Source: Azolla caroliniana
Lineage: Eukaryota > Plantae > Polypodiophyta
Direction of reading: 5' to 3'
Assembly: GCA_043228905.1 (NCBI GenBank)
Contig: JBHGNT010000022.1
Span: 3,782,001 to 3,846,000, forward strand
Length of the DNA stretch: 64,000 nt
Shown here: positions 49,083-61,600 of the stretch, in pieces
Position numbering within the stretch: the stretch's first letter is position 1
How the letters are laid out: every line of letters starts with the position of its first letter
The notes under the pieces: model-generated
Database searches by the model: none
What the model saw: only the letters and a program-made list of their open reading frames with translations
What the model was told of the DNA's origin: nothing
Program-made: the position numbers and the translations under genes

Positions 49083-51940
49083 TCTCGCAATGATTAATGG
49101 AAGAAGCTCTAGCAACATCGTTAGGAGAGAACTCATGATGGAGAACTATGTTCATGAACAATGAGGAAAACGATTAAGGCATATGGTTTAAATCTTAGTA
49201 AGGAGTTCAAGAGTCATGCATAAGGTGAAAATCTACGATACGCTTTGACTCTATTAGACAAAGAATGAGGAAGAAAAAGCGTCAAAATTGACTAGGTTAA
49301 ACTTGAAAAAGCCCTAAATTGAATGTGAGGGGAAAATAGCCCCCCAAAATGGTAAGATCTTCTCACAACCATTTCACCCCATTTCCTATCTTTAATGCAT
49401 ATTGTACTTACCCCACCCCACTCCCTAAAACTATACTTTTTGTCGATTTTTTTTTTCTTATTTTTAACACTAACAATATGAAAAGTAGCCATGTTTTTTT
49501 TGGCCAAAAACAATACTTTTTTGGTACACCACGTGCTTTAACCAGAGAAAATATGGTTTGATAAAGACTATCATGAAGCTCGAAGTCAAGGATAAAAAAA
49601 AAATCCAAAAGAATTTGAATGAGTACAAAAGGTTTCTTCAAAGAAAGAGAAGAATATGGGAAGTTACTCAACAATTTCTCCAAATGCAAGAAAAAGCACA
49701 TACATGTGCTAAATTTTGGGGAAATGTGTTGAGTTATGGCAAGTTAACCCTTCTTGACTTGTCTATACCCAAAAGATGCGTAAAAGCAAAATGTTGTGTT
49801 ACAGTTAGATGCAAGATATGGAAAAATGGTTCGGTAGATGGAACCTAACACACTTGCTTCATGGTGCATCACTATATTCCTCTCTAAATGAGTCCCTTTT
49901 GCAATGCCAATATATAATGGTATGGGACAAATGTGGAGGCTCACACTTCACACATTATACAACACATGTTGCACCTAATTACAAAACCATATTCTTCGCA
50001 AAATGGGGAAACTGTACACATCGATACATGTTAGAGCCCATCCCATTGTCTATCATTCGAACCATTGCTTCCATGCAACTTAGTTCACATACATTACAAT
50101 GGGAGCCGAGGTGTTGGAGCACAAGTGATGAGAGTGGTTGACTATGCACAATTTTCCTTAAACAAGTTCAAGACTCTGAGTATCACACTTTAATACAATG
50201 CTCTACCTTTTATCATATTTGACCATGCTTTCCACTCATCTTTGACAAAATCTAATCCTTGCACGAACTTCTCTCTCAACCACAACATGCACTCTCGATT
50301 GCAACATTCATTGGTAAAGTTCTTGAACATCGAGTCACTACTCACTTTCGCATGTATTACATGAAATGTAACATTTTTTGTCTCATTGGTCATATTTGAC
50401 CTCCGAGGACAATAAAAGAAGCTTTCTAGCTATCTATCTATCTATCTCCCCTATTTCCTTCCATTGTTACGCTCATGTGCTTGCTCTATCCACTACTATT
50501 TCGTCTATTCCCTTTCATCATCACTATTTATCTTGCTCTTCCTATTGCTAACTTGCCTCAATTCTGACAAATGAATGCAAGTACAAGACAAATCAATTAC
50601 ATGTTGGACAAGGATATTGGGAGTACATTGCAGCAAATTCAGCAATGTACGAAATCCGAATGAATGTAGATTACATGGGTTGGAAGCAAGTGTCGAAGTA
50701 ATGAAAACCTAAGTATGACCTAATCCCTCAAAGACCTAAAAGATGGTACACCATCACTACATCAAAGCATGTAAACAATGACAAAGTCAAAATAATACCA
50801 TAGCACTCAAAGACGTAATTATGTAGTATACAACTTCAATCCTTAACAACAAAGATGCTAACTATATTGATAAGGATATTATATAGAGGATCATGGAAAA
50901 GAGTACTCTTATCTCTTTCCCTTTCTCAATCTAAAGAAGACTAACAAACCCTCTAAACCCAAAGTTCCTCGTAAATATATTTAGTCTTGGAGAATCTACA
51001 ATACGTGGGCCTAATCTTTGCTTTGCCTCTAGTGGGTCCTATTTACATCAATGAGCAATACATTGCAACATGTATTGCTTGCCCCGCATGTTGCAAGATC
51101 ACATGTTGGGCTACATACAAAATGCCAATATGCTAATGCATGTTAAGACAACCTATGCAAAATATGGGCCTCCAACACATGCCCAAAGGCTTTAGCTCAT
51201 ATAAGAGTTGAACAAGATACATCAAAAGAGTATGTCAAACAATGATTGCACCTTGAATATCAATAAGCTTTTGCAATTCGCTCATCTCACTCAATATGAG
51301 AGCCAGTGAGGAAGAGATAGTGACCAACATTTGTATAATTGGAGTAGCACAATGATTTGGTTTGCTAAGGCACACCACCATCATTTTATGATCTAAGATC
51401 AATGTTGCTAATCGAGAAAAAACACTAATGAAATAAGAATTTTGGTTCAAAAAACATGATGCGCTATGTTTTGACTTAAATAATGAGCACATAAGAGGTA
51501 GAGGACAAAGCTTTGCTAGTGGCAAAATAATTGAAGAGGGCAATATATACATTTACGAGATGCAAACTTTCGATTCCACCAAGTTGAGAAGGGAACTCTA
51601 GAAATAGGGGGTCATGGTCTGAAACCATGAAACAGTAATTGTGCCACAACAAAAAGAGTGAGACCATAGCACTACCCTTAGAGAGTCAATGGTAATAAAG
51701 ATTGCATGGCAACAAACAAAAAGTAGAGAAAAAAGCTAAGGAAACAATAGACGTAGAATCAAGGTAATGACTATAACACAAGGGAGCATTACCGACAAGT
51801 TCTTTGACTGAAAATGCACTAAATATCACAAAATATGTGCAACATTAACCACAACATGGAACATTGGCTGCAATTTTTTAGCATTATTTCAAGACTAGAA
51901 AGCAAGGTTGAACATCGCCTTACAAAATATGCATTTTTTA

Positions 51941-52197
51941 CACATTTCTTCCATTTTTGAAAAAAGAAATTTGTAAGGGAGTTTCAAAATCGTCCTTCCC
52001 TTATAACTTTTCTTTGACATACCAAGCTAACCAAACATTAAGCACTCTCTTGGACAAGTATTTACATCACATTTCTTCTATTTTTGAAAAAAGAAGTTTG
52101 TAAGGGAGTTACAAAATCTTCCTTCCCTTATAACCTTTCTTTGACATACCAAGCTAACCAAACATTAAGCACTCTCTCTCTCTCTTTGACAAGTATA
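51941..52197. repeat. 127-bp tandem duplication
   Basis: CACATTTCTT...GACATACCAAGCTAACCAAACATTAAGCACTCTCT starts at 51941 and 52068. Confidence 0.9.
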
Positions 52198-53576
52198 TAT
52201 ATATATATATTTGTCCAAAAGTTTGTCCAAAAGGTTGTGTAAGAGGACAAAGGTATGGAAGATAAAGCACTCAACATTATGGGCATGTGAAGAAACAAGA
52301 CATTACATGCTAAATCACAACATTGCTTTTGCAATTTACACATAGCTAACTATACATTCATGGTTCATACATTCCCATTCTCTATTTGTAGATACGCACA
52401 TTTAAATCACTTCACAATGCAAATATCAACAGATCCTCCTTAAAATATGGCTTCTTACTAATATTTTTACTCAAAAGCTGGAAGACAATAAAAAAATACC
52501 CATCTCCATCATAATCAAGAAAAGAAGCGACCAATCCAAGAGCATGCAATTCTCTTTTCACCTGCTGCTCTATTTATCAAGCTTACATCAATACTCTTGT
52601 TGCTTGCAACTCTTGCAGCCACTTGTAATTCAGTGCACTTTGTCCAAAATGTCTATCGTACTTTTACAATGGTTCTGATCAATCACTATACCCTCCTATG
52701 CATGGAAGGTGGAGTATACTGTGATGGATTATTAGGGGTTGGCCATTCCTTAAGTTTCAATACATGGTCATGTCACCCCATGGACTGATACCTTCTTCTA
52801 ATAATCATTGAAAAAACTTCTCTAGTTGCGTAAGTGTCCATTAAGGATCTTGATCGTACATCAGGACCTTGTGTTTCAGTGTGAAAGTGGACACATATTG
52901 TGGCAGATGCTAAGTAGTTAGTATGGTTTCCATGTCCTTATGCAGCAAACGAGATTAAGAGAGAATATTGATTTTCTTTGTCTTTTGAAACATAAATTAT
53001 GATCAATAAAAAACAAATAATACAAAAAATTGAATCTTCTATATTCAGTAAGAAATAAACAACTGGTTAACAAAGCTTTTATGGTTGTTCCGTGGAGGAA
53101 TGAGCCATAAGCCCTATAAAAAAACCAATAATTCAGCTGAATAGCTTTAACAGGATTAACCTGATATCAATACACACAAATAACAAGAGTTGCTAAAAAT
53201 ACCCCAATTTGCTTCAAAAAGGCACCTAGTTGGGGATGAAAGGAAAAACAGGTCATCCATGTGAAAATAACCTGAAAAAACAGCAACTCCTTGTGGCTTG
53301 TTGTAGATCATAGTCACCAGTATAAAGCTCAAAAATCCGCCAATTATAGTAATTGACGAACCCAAAAATCAAACTTCAGACATTTTATTTTTCTACATAT
53401 CCAGCAATCTTTGCTGCAATTGTAGTAGTACTAATACTTCAATATTAACCACCAAATTCCCTTTGATTGCCCTCCCTTGTATTAAGTATGCTTTTTCTAC
53501 TGCTCTTTAATGAGTTGTTTTGACTGCCAGTAGAGAATAGCATTTGCAACCTTATCTTTTCTATATCTCCTTGTTT

Positions 53577-55742
53577 TCAGTAGAGAATGGCACACTTTTG
53601 CATCCTCGATTTAAAACCAATAAGAAAGGTTTCAGGCATACCTCGGCAATTCTTCAGATTCAAATCAAGAAGATTCTTACACTTCTTCTGGATAAGAGGC
53701 AATATCTTGTGGGTGACACCTCGACAGCCACATAGGTTTAGTGAGCTGAGAGTGTCACCTGTTGCCTCAACCAACTGTTTTATTCCTTCATTGCTCACTG
53801 CACACATCGAAAGATCTAAATCTTCCAAAGATTGACAATGTCTTGCAATGGAATGAACTGCGTGATCTGATATCATCTTGCAACCATCCAATACCAAGTT
53901 TCTCAAAGAATTACCGCATTGATTAACAATAGCACATATAGCTCGGTCAGAGAGTCGCACACACCCACTGATATTGACACTCGTCAGCTCACGATTGGCT
54001 GTTGAAAGGAATGCAAGCATGCCTTCATCTGTTATATCCGCAAGCCCAGTAAAATCTATTTTTGTCGTCTGTGGGCATAACCAACCAAGCAGAGCTAAGC
54101 ATAAGTCTCCCACACCAGGACAGTTGGCAAGGCAAATCGATTCTACAGTCGAAACATGAGAATCACTTGAAGGATGGAACAACTGTACCTCATTCATGCC
54201 TCCACATTTCTTCACTTGGATTTCTTTCAGTTTCCCACCTTTGTTAGAGAGAGAGGCGACTAGACCCATTCCTGATATGAATCTGCATTTCTCTATCTGC
54301 AACACCTCTAAAGATAAAGCACTTTGCATGAAGAGCGCCAATCCCTTGTCACTAATGTGGTCACATTTGGAAAGCAATATATTCTTTAGATTTTGACAAT
54401 TTTTTCCCAACAAACCAAGTGCCTCATTAGTGAAATGCTTACATGAGGTGATAAGAATCCGCTTCAAAGACTGCATGGGTGTTTCCATTCCAAATGACAT
54501 AAATCCTTCTCTAGTAATGAAATTGAGAGAATGGAGACTCAGCCACGTCAGAGCCCTTGAGTTAATCCCTATAGAAGTTAGAGTCCTCTTTGTCACCTTC
54601 AGGCCTTCTAGTTTAAGCATTCTAAGCTTAATGAGCTTGCTCAATGCTATCATAATTCCATCATCATCTATCATTGGACAATTCCGAATATATAGAGAAA
54701 CTATGAGTTGACAAGAGTCCCCAAAAGCAATCAAGGCCATATTACCAATATTTTCGCACTCATCTAAGCTTAAAAAAGATACAAGGGGGCAATTGTTTGC
54801 AATCGCTTTCATACCTGAATCTCCTAACAGAGGACACTTGAAGAGATTTAACTTCTCTAACAGAGGGCATCCCTTTCCTATGGCATATAACCCCTCATTT
54901 GTGACATTAGGGCAATCCCACAAAGAAAGGACCCGAAGAGATGAGCACGACATACCGATGGCAGAAATGCCCACATCCGTAACTCCCACCGTCAAACCGA
55001 CAGCTGAGCTACCTCTAATGCATAGTTTTCCAAGCCCTCCACGAGCTGATGTGCCGACAGCTATCGCAGCTAATCTGACATCAGATGCCTTTCTTCCTGC
55101 CAATGTTCGGGACAGATCTCCCAGAGCCAAGTCTAAATGCTCATCTTCTCTTTCACCATCACCACCACTACCACATGATTTAGCTGGATATTTGAAGTTG
55201 TGTGGGCGTGGTTCTTCTGTAGAACATTTTTCCTTGTAATGCATGTGACTCTGTAACATTAGCCAACGCCGAGAGACGGATGCACAAGAAGCTCTGTCGT
55301 ATGGCGTTGGAAGAAAGCCAAAAATATGACAGAGTAATTCTTCTGGGAGAGAATTAATGAGGTCTCTTGTTGTGTTGCTTCGTTTTTTCTTGTTAAATGG
55401 GATAGGTTCAGAAAGCTTCTCACCGTACAGAGAAACGTCCACATGAGGAAAATGTGGAGGATAACCATCTCTGGATATTGGTTGATATTGAAGATTTTGT
55501 CGGAAATCCCACACTGATCGAGGGATATTCCGGCACCTTTGATGATGATAGCTATGAAATGCACGAAAAACCTCATCCACAGATAGAATTCTACGCCCTG
55601 GAGAAAGACCATTACCATTACTGCCTAATGATGACAGAACATGTAGCAGTTTTACAGATTCTGGTTCAGGTTCGGAAGTATCTACTAGCGAGTGTGTAAA
55701 GCGGGTGTCCACCAGCAGATTTGCTGCATTCTTGGTACACAT
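53577..55742 (-). CDS. EBF: EIN3-binding F-box protein-like (F-box plus cysteine-containing LRRs)
   Basis: Intact 721-aa ORF. F-box INSLPEELLCHIFGFLP...CASVSRRWL. EBF signature LSRTLAGRKASDVRLAAIAVGTSARGGLGKLCIRG. Many LxLxxC repeats. C-terminus CAILY. Confidence 0.9.
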   Translation of the reverse strand: MCTKNAANLLVDTRFTHSLVDTSEPEPESVKLLHVLSSLGSNGNGLSPGRRILSVDEVFRAFHSYHHQRCRNIPRSVWDFRQNLQYQPISRDGYPPHFPHVDVSLYGEKLSEPIPFNKKKRSNTTRDLINSLPEELLCHIFGFLPTPYDRASCASVSRRWLMLQSHMHYKEKCSTEEPRPHNFKYPAKSCGSGGDGEREDEHLDLALGDLSRTLAGRKASDVRLAAIAVGTSARGGLGKLCIRGSSAVGLTVGVTDVGISAIGMSCSSLRVLSLWDCPNVTNEGLYAIGKGCPLLEKLNLFKCPLLGDSGMKAIANNCPLVSFLSLDECENIGNMALIAFGDSCQLIVSLYIRNCPMIDDDGIMIALSKLIKLRMLKLEGLKVTKRTLTSIGINSRALTWLSLHSLNFITREGFMSFGMETPMQSLKRILITSCKHFTNEALGLLGKNCQNLKNILLSKCDHISDKGLALFMQSALSLEVLQIEKCRFISGMGLVASLSNKGGKLKEIQVKKCGGMNEVQLFHPSSDSHVSTVESICLANCPGVGDLCLALLGWLCPQTTKIDFTGLADITDEGMLAFLSTANRELTSVNISGCVRLSDRAICAIVNQCGNSLRNLVLDGCKMISDHAVHSIARHCQSLEDLDLSMCAVSNEGIKQLVEATGDTLSSLNLCGCRGVTHKILPLIQKKCKNLLDLNLKNCRGMPETFLIGFKSRMQKCAILY

Positions 55743-57797
55743 TTTAGGTCATCTATAAACAGAGGATCAAAATGACAAACAAAGGCATGTAAGTCCATCA
55801 AGTTCTGTGTAAAATCCAAGCATTTTGAATTATAACAACATGAGAAGGCAGAAGTGTTCTAGCACACTATTTTTAACATAATATGAACCTCTGTTCTATG
55901 AGCTGGAAGTTAGAATCATCATCTGATACACATCAGCGAGACTTAGAAACCCTGAATACCCATGTTAGATAAAAAGCATAAGACTTCAAAGCTCAGGAAG
56001 ATTCCTCTTATACTTTTGGCCTTCTCTTACTTTGTAGAAACAAGTGAGCAACACCTCTGGCAATCTACATGTCTGTGACATTTGCAGCATCTAAATTATG
56101 AACTAGATTGTAGACTTTAGTAAGATCTCTCAAAAACCAGTGATCAATCATCATAAATCCCATAAAAAGGTTTAGAGAGAACCATCTGCGTTAGGAAATA
56201 GAAAATTTCTAGCATACATTGAGCATTTGTCTTACATTTCAGGAGATCTAGTTCAAATAACCACTAGTCACCTTAAACAGTCCAGAGTAAGGTTCCATTT
56301 AGGTGCTCTCTGTGGAGAGAATCAAGAGAGAAAGTAAGGAATGACAAGCCACGAAATAAGGCATAAATCATGCATAATGGTGTATATATAATGAGATACA
56401 GGAGACTTCTAGCATACGTTACCTACCTATTCTTGCATTACAGAAGGGATGATGCAATACATCTGGCTTCAAGTGATCGCTAGTGAATCTTAGTCAATTC
56501 TGGAATAGTCAGTAGCATATCACCTACGGTTCCAAAATGACCATTTCAACCATCCTTACTACAGATTTCCTGGAAAAATACAATATTTCCAGTATATCTT
56601 ATCCTTATATTACATTGCAAGTCAAGATGTGGCTTCTATGGGCCTGTGATATTCAAATCCTGACATGGAGCCTTTATAAAAAAAATGTTAATAAACAGTG
56701 GCCAATCATCCATCATCAATCCCCTAAAAGGTATAGAGTACGCTTCCATAATAGAATGCTTCCAAAAATATTGATTTGACATGATCTTCAAGAGAGAAAG
56801 AGAGAAGTTTCTTGGCATGGCCTTAATTTTCTACAGGTTTTGGAAGCTTCTACATTATCATATACGAGCTTGACAAAAATAAATCTTTCTGTTCATCACA
56901 AATTAATCATGTCTAACATCAAAAACTGTCTTCAGAGTAAGGCTCTATTTGGCTCTACATTTCTTTCTTTGTACAGAACTTGGTTGGGATGAAATTTCCA
57001 AAGAGTACTACTGTTACTTATAACATCTTCAAAAATTACTAGCTGATAAAGAATTTCACCATAACTAACAGCATAAAACAGAAAAGCGAAAGCAAAACAA
57101 ACGGGAATGCACTGATCTCTAATAGAATCCTAACAGACAAAGAAAACACAGAAGTTCTTCCGGAAATCCAGAGAAAATTCAAGTTGGACGCTAAATCCTA
57201 ACCCTAATTTAAAACAGGAATCGAATAAAAGACAAAGAAATATAAATAATAATAAAAACAATGCAAACCAGAAACAGAAAATGAAACAAAGAGAATGACA
57301 GAGAAAAACAAACAAACCATTATGGGTTGATCTTCACTAAACCCTAACACACAAAGAAACGCAGAGAAAGTGTTTCCCACAAAGAATAAAAAGAAATCAT
57401 TTATGCTTAGTAAACCGAAACAAGCAGAGAGAAACATAAACATCCAAAGAAATCCATAACGGGAGCAACAAAAGAAAATGTTGTCTCTTTCTTTACTAAA
57501 CCCTAACAAGCAGAGAGAGAGAGAGAGAGAGAGAGAGATGAAGAGAGAAAAAATATGAAGCGTTCAACAGATATCCATAGAGATTTTTATTAAACCCTAG
57601 AGGTGCGCACAGAAGAGCGTATCATAGAATTTCATAAACGGAAAGAGGAACTAGAAAGCGTCAATCTTCAGTAAAATCTAACAAGAGCTCACAGAAAGGA
57701 AGAGATATCGGAAAAGAGGATCAAAAAAGCGATGATCTCTCAGACATGACCATAACAAGCAGAGAGAAACATAGAGGGTACCACAGAAATCCAGCGG

Positions 57798-57828
<31 letters not shown>

Positions 57829-57862
57829 TCACAGAAGATGGGAGCGAAGGAGAGAGGAATAC

Positions 57863-57960
57863 CTGGAGACATGGATCTGAAGCATGAGCTTCTGTTCTTC
57901 TGGTGGTGGATCGATTCCTTTCGTCAGAGGAGAGAGAGAGACGATGCATTGATGGCCAGA
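57863..57960 (-). other. Probable first exon of the EBF-like gene (intron ~57862-55753); upstream boundary uncertain
   Basis: Minus-strand donor CCAG|GTATTC and acceptor GTTTATAG|ATG. The intron start is CT-rich and holds several AAACCCTA telo-box motifs (57339, 57498, 57592). Confidence 0.5.
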
Positions 57961-58181
57961 ATCAGAAGGAGAAAGGAAGGATGGAAAGAAAGGAAAAGGA
58001 GAGAGACAGACAGATGAAATCGGTTCGGTTCGGTTCGGTTTCGATTCGGTTCCGGCGATGGATGGGATGGATTCTTGGGGAGAATCGGAGAGGAAAAAGG
58101 AAGAGGAAACGTGGAGACAAGAAACGCCCCACCGCTCAGGAAAAAGCTTCTACAACAGACATACTACATATACAGAAAGAC

Positions 58182-58185
<4 letters not shown>

Positions 58186-58223
<38 letters not shown>
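58186..58223. repeat. (CT)n/(GA)n microsatellite upstream of EBF; similar tracts at 57513-57538, 57798-57825 and 4028-4066
   Basis: Visible perfect dinucleotide runs. Confidence 0.95.
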
Positions 58224-58229
<6 letters not shown>

Positions 58230-58409
58230 GTGTTTCTGTTTCATGAGGATATGGCGGAGGAGGAGGTGAGTCAAGAAAAGTCAAGAAAAGTCAAGAAGAG
58301 TCAAGAAGAGTCAAGAGTGGTTTTTCTCATTTTCTTGCCGCTTTTCCTCGAGAAGGAGTTTCGTGGGGTTTTCTTCTCCTCTCCTCTCCTTTCTCTCTCC
58401 CGCTTTTCT

Positions 58410-58682
58410 TGCTTTCTTTCCGACCCCTTTTTCTTTTCTGGCCTGAAAAGATTCGTTCGTCCCGAAGAATCGTTCCTCCTGCTTTCTTTCCGACCGATTA
58501 TTCGTCCTGGAGAATTGTTCTGGCCTGAAAAGATTCGCCCCGAAGAATCGTTCCTCCTGCTTTCTTTCCGACCCCTTCTTTTTTCTTCTGGCCTGAAAAG
58601 ATTCGCCCCGAAGAATCGTTCCTCCTGCTTTCTTTCCGACCCCTTCTTTTTTCTTCTGGCCTGAAAAGATTCGCCCCGAAGA
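58410..58682. repeat. ~68-bp tandem repeat, 4 copies, in the putative EBF promoter
   Basis: GGCCTGAAAAGATTCG at 58440, 58522, 58590 and 58658. Confidence 0.92.
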
Positions 58683-61600
58683 AACTGTAGGACAAGGCAA
58701 GAGACGGCGCGAAGAGAGCTTGGACAAGCAAGACGCGCAAAGAGAGAGGGGTATTTTCGAGAACTAGGAAAAGTAGGTGCGCTTCGCGAGGAAATAAAAG
58801 GGCCATCTTGGTATTTTCAATCTTTTCAGGGTATCTCGGGGGATTTTGTCGACGATGTGGGAGAGGAAAAGTTATGTATGGTGCTTCGCATTATTGTGTT
58901 CATTGTATTCGGACTTATGGCAAATGTCGAGCGGAGAGAAAAGTACTTGTGTGTTGTTGTTGTTTCAATCGTAAGTTCATTGCATTGGGACCTATGGTGA
59001 TGCTTGGTGGAGAAGAAAGTGTTTTTGGTGTGAAGTGCAAAGGATAATGTTTCTTCCATAAGTCATGATGTCATGAATGTATTTTTCAATGTCTATGACT
59101 CAATCCATGCATGTGGCCCCATACCTTAGATCTTGTTGATGTTTCTGTGGGCACATGAAGCATTTATCAATCATCGTAACAATAGTCAAGTGTCTACCAT
59201 AGTGTAAAGTTGCATTGGTATTTCATCCTTTTGTGGTTAACAACATTCTTGTACCCCTCGTGAAACTTACTTGTAATGTGAACAATTCATTCAACCTCAC
59301 AAACACTGTTGCAAGGGAAGTTTAATGCCTTGACTAAAAAAAAAGTGGTGTTTGAGTTTCATCCATGTGCAAATGAATCTAGTCAAACTATATATCGAGA
59401 CATTTGAATGAACCGTGTTAATGCATGCTGGACAAGCAATTAATTGATGTTATTTTATCGATATTCATACTTGATTAGATGAAGCATGTGCAGGTTTTGT
59501 AGGAAAGTAGAATGAGTTGCGTTTTTAGAATAGTGTTTGAGAAGCAATAATATATTAGGTAAATAATACTGAGATATCAAAATAAAGAGTGTGAGAGTGT
59601 TTGGTAGAAAGCTAAGTTAGGTGGTGTCGAATTAGTGCCCAAGGTACCGCTTCAGATGAAGCAATTAGATGACAAAATCCTTTCTCAATAAGATATAAAG
59701 GATTACATGGCATACTATTTTTGAAAGGCTATCAAAAGACAAATAATGTTGGTGCCTTATCTAGCTAGTATTTGATCCTTTACGATTTATTAGGCAATCT
59801 CATGATGCTCCAATTTCCTTGCAGGGAGAGAAGGTATGTGATCCACGGTCACAAATTTATTTCACATGAGACAACTGAAGTGGCATGTTTCCATCTCCTA
59901 GATCAATCATATTAACAAGTATTAATAATGCATATGTCTTTTTTGTAGGATTTAGGGATATACGCAAACTTGTCAAAAATGCTAGAAAATGGAGGTATGC
60001 ACGAGAATTTGTCAAGAAAACGCCACAAATTTGCAGTGAGTTTGATTTTTTAATGAGCTAACATGTTTGTGTCCTGTGAGACTTGTTCCTAATGAAGCAA
60101 CTAGGAAATGTACCAACTTCCAACCAATACGATACGATGTGGACCAATTTGTTTGTGTTTGATTAGTGTCCTTGAATTCATTCATGATGTGTTGATTGAC
60201 TTAGGACTTCTTTTCCATATTGGAAGTGATAGGAAATTGGGCAAAAAGTGCCATAATTTAGGGGCCCCAAACTGAACCAAAAATATATGTCACTGTCTTT
60301 TAGCAATCATTGTTGATGAGTCGGTCGGGTGATGGGTTCCTTTTCACATTTGAAGCAATTCGAACAGATTATGAAGTATGTAGTAGAATTCTGAAGGAAT
60401 ATTCGTAGATGAAAAGTATGTTAGTGTCTCATTAGCGTGCCAAAAGTTGTTTATCTCATGGGTGACGTTAGATTTGCAGTATAGGAAATTGGGCAAATAA
60501 TACGAGAATTTCATATGGATTTATGAATAAAAAGGATGTTAGTCTAGAGGTTGAGTTGTTTTTTACTACTTGGCTACATGATAGGCTCCCATTTCACATA
60601 ATACTGAAGCCACAAGAGATACTAGATAGATGCTAGTTATTGTATAATATGTGTTACGAGTGTGACTAGTTTCTTTTTTGTACTTATTGAAGATCTATGG
60701 ATAACATTGTCTTTCAAATATGCTTTGTTTTGGGATTCCATTGGCTTTATAGAAGAAGTGTGTGTCCAATCTTTGCCGAAAATTAAAAACTTTAATGATG
60801 TTCAATGGGTTTTAAGAACTAACACGAATATCTTAGTTGGACCAAATTTCAACTGACACACGATGTGTATTCATTTAATGCTAAGCATGAATTATGTAAG
60901 AGATTGCGCTTCATTGCATGCAACCTTAAAACTCAAAAAGTAAGCAAAAATATGGAAGTTTGGACAAAGGTTCTTTGTGTTCACATTAGTGTACCCAATC
61001 CTCTTAATGTTCATGAACCTAGTTACTCCTTTCATTGATCGATTCGTGTACACACACACATACACTCATTGCATTAATGCATCTTTATAGACATACAACT
61101 TTAAATTCAACTATCCGTAATTATATGTAAAGAAATGACAACAATTCCTCCTATCAACCTTTCAAAATTGTACTAAAGCATAAAGAACAAAGTTATACAT
61201 TGGACAACTTGTTGAAAGTATTCAAGTTGGTTAAAGCATACTCAGAAAACATATTGGAATGAACCTTTCATTTGTCACCTTTCGGGGAGAGGGACTCTAG
61301 GGAGGGAGAGTAACTCATAGACGCTGATCATTTATGCATGAACATCCCATGTATCTGGCACAACCCCTCTTTATGCAAATCATACTCTTTAAATAATCTA
61401 AAGAGAACTCATTCAAGAGATCACCATCTCCTTTACCCTATCTCAATATGGAGAAAATCAAGTCATGCATTGGTAAAAGAAAAATTGCATAATTTAAAAA
61501 AGAAAAAGAAAAATTTGTGGAGAAACACAATGACTAATTTGTGGCATAGTATTTTGCAAACTTAAACTAGGATACTAATAAACAACAAAACGTAGACCTC

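Noticed and set aside
51235-51800. Possible LINE endonuclease relic (SDHDPLFLEF) or an LTR end plus PBS (TTCA-TGGTTTCAGACC) on the minus strand
   Set aside because: Two incompatible readings of the same ~15 bp, with no supporting motifs.
57903-58806. 253-aa and overlapping ORFs upstream of EBF
   Set aside because: Low-complexity translations of microsatellites and tandem repeats.
59820-60400. Coding-like relic after AG acceptor-like sites
   Set aside because: Multiple stops and no recognisable motif; cannot be assigned.
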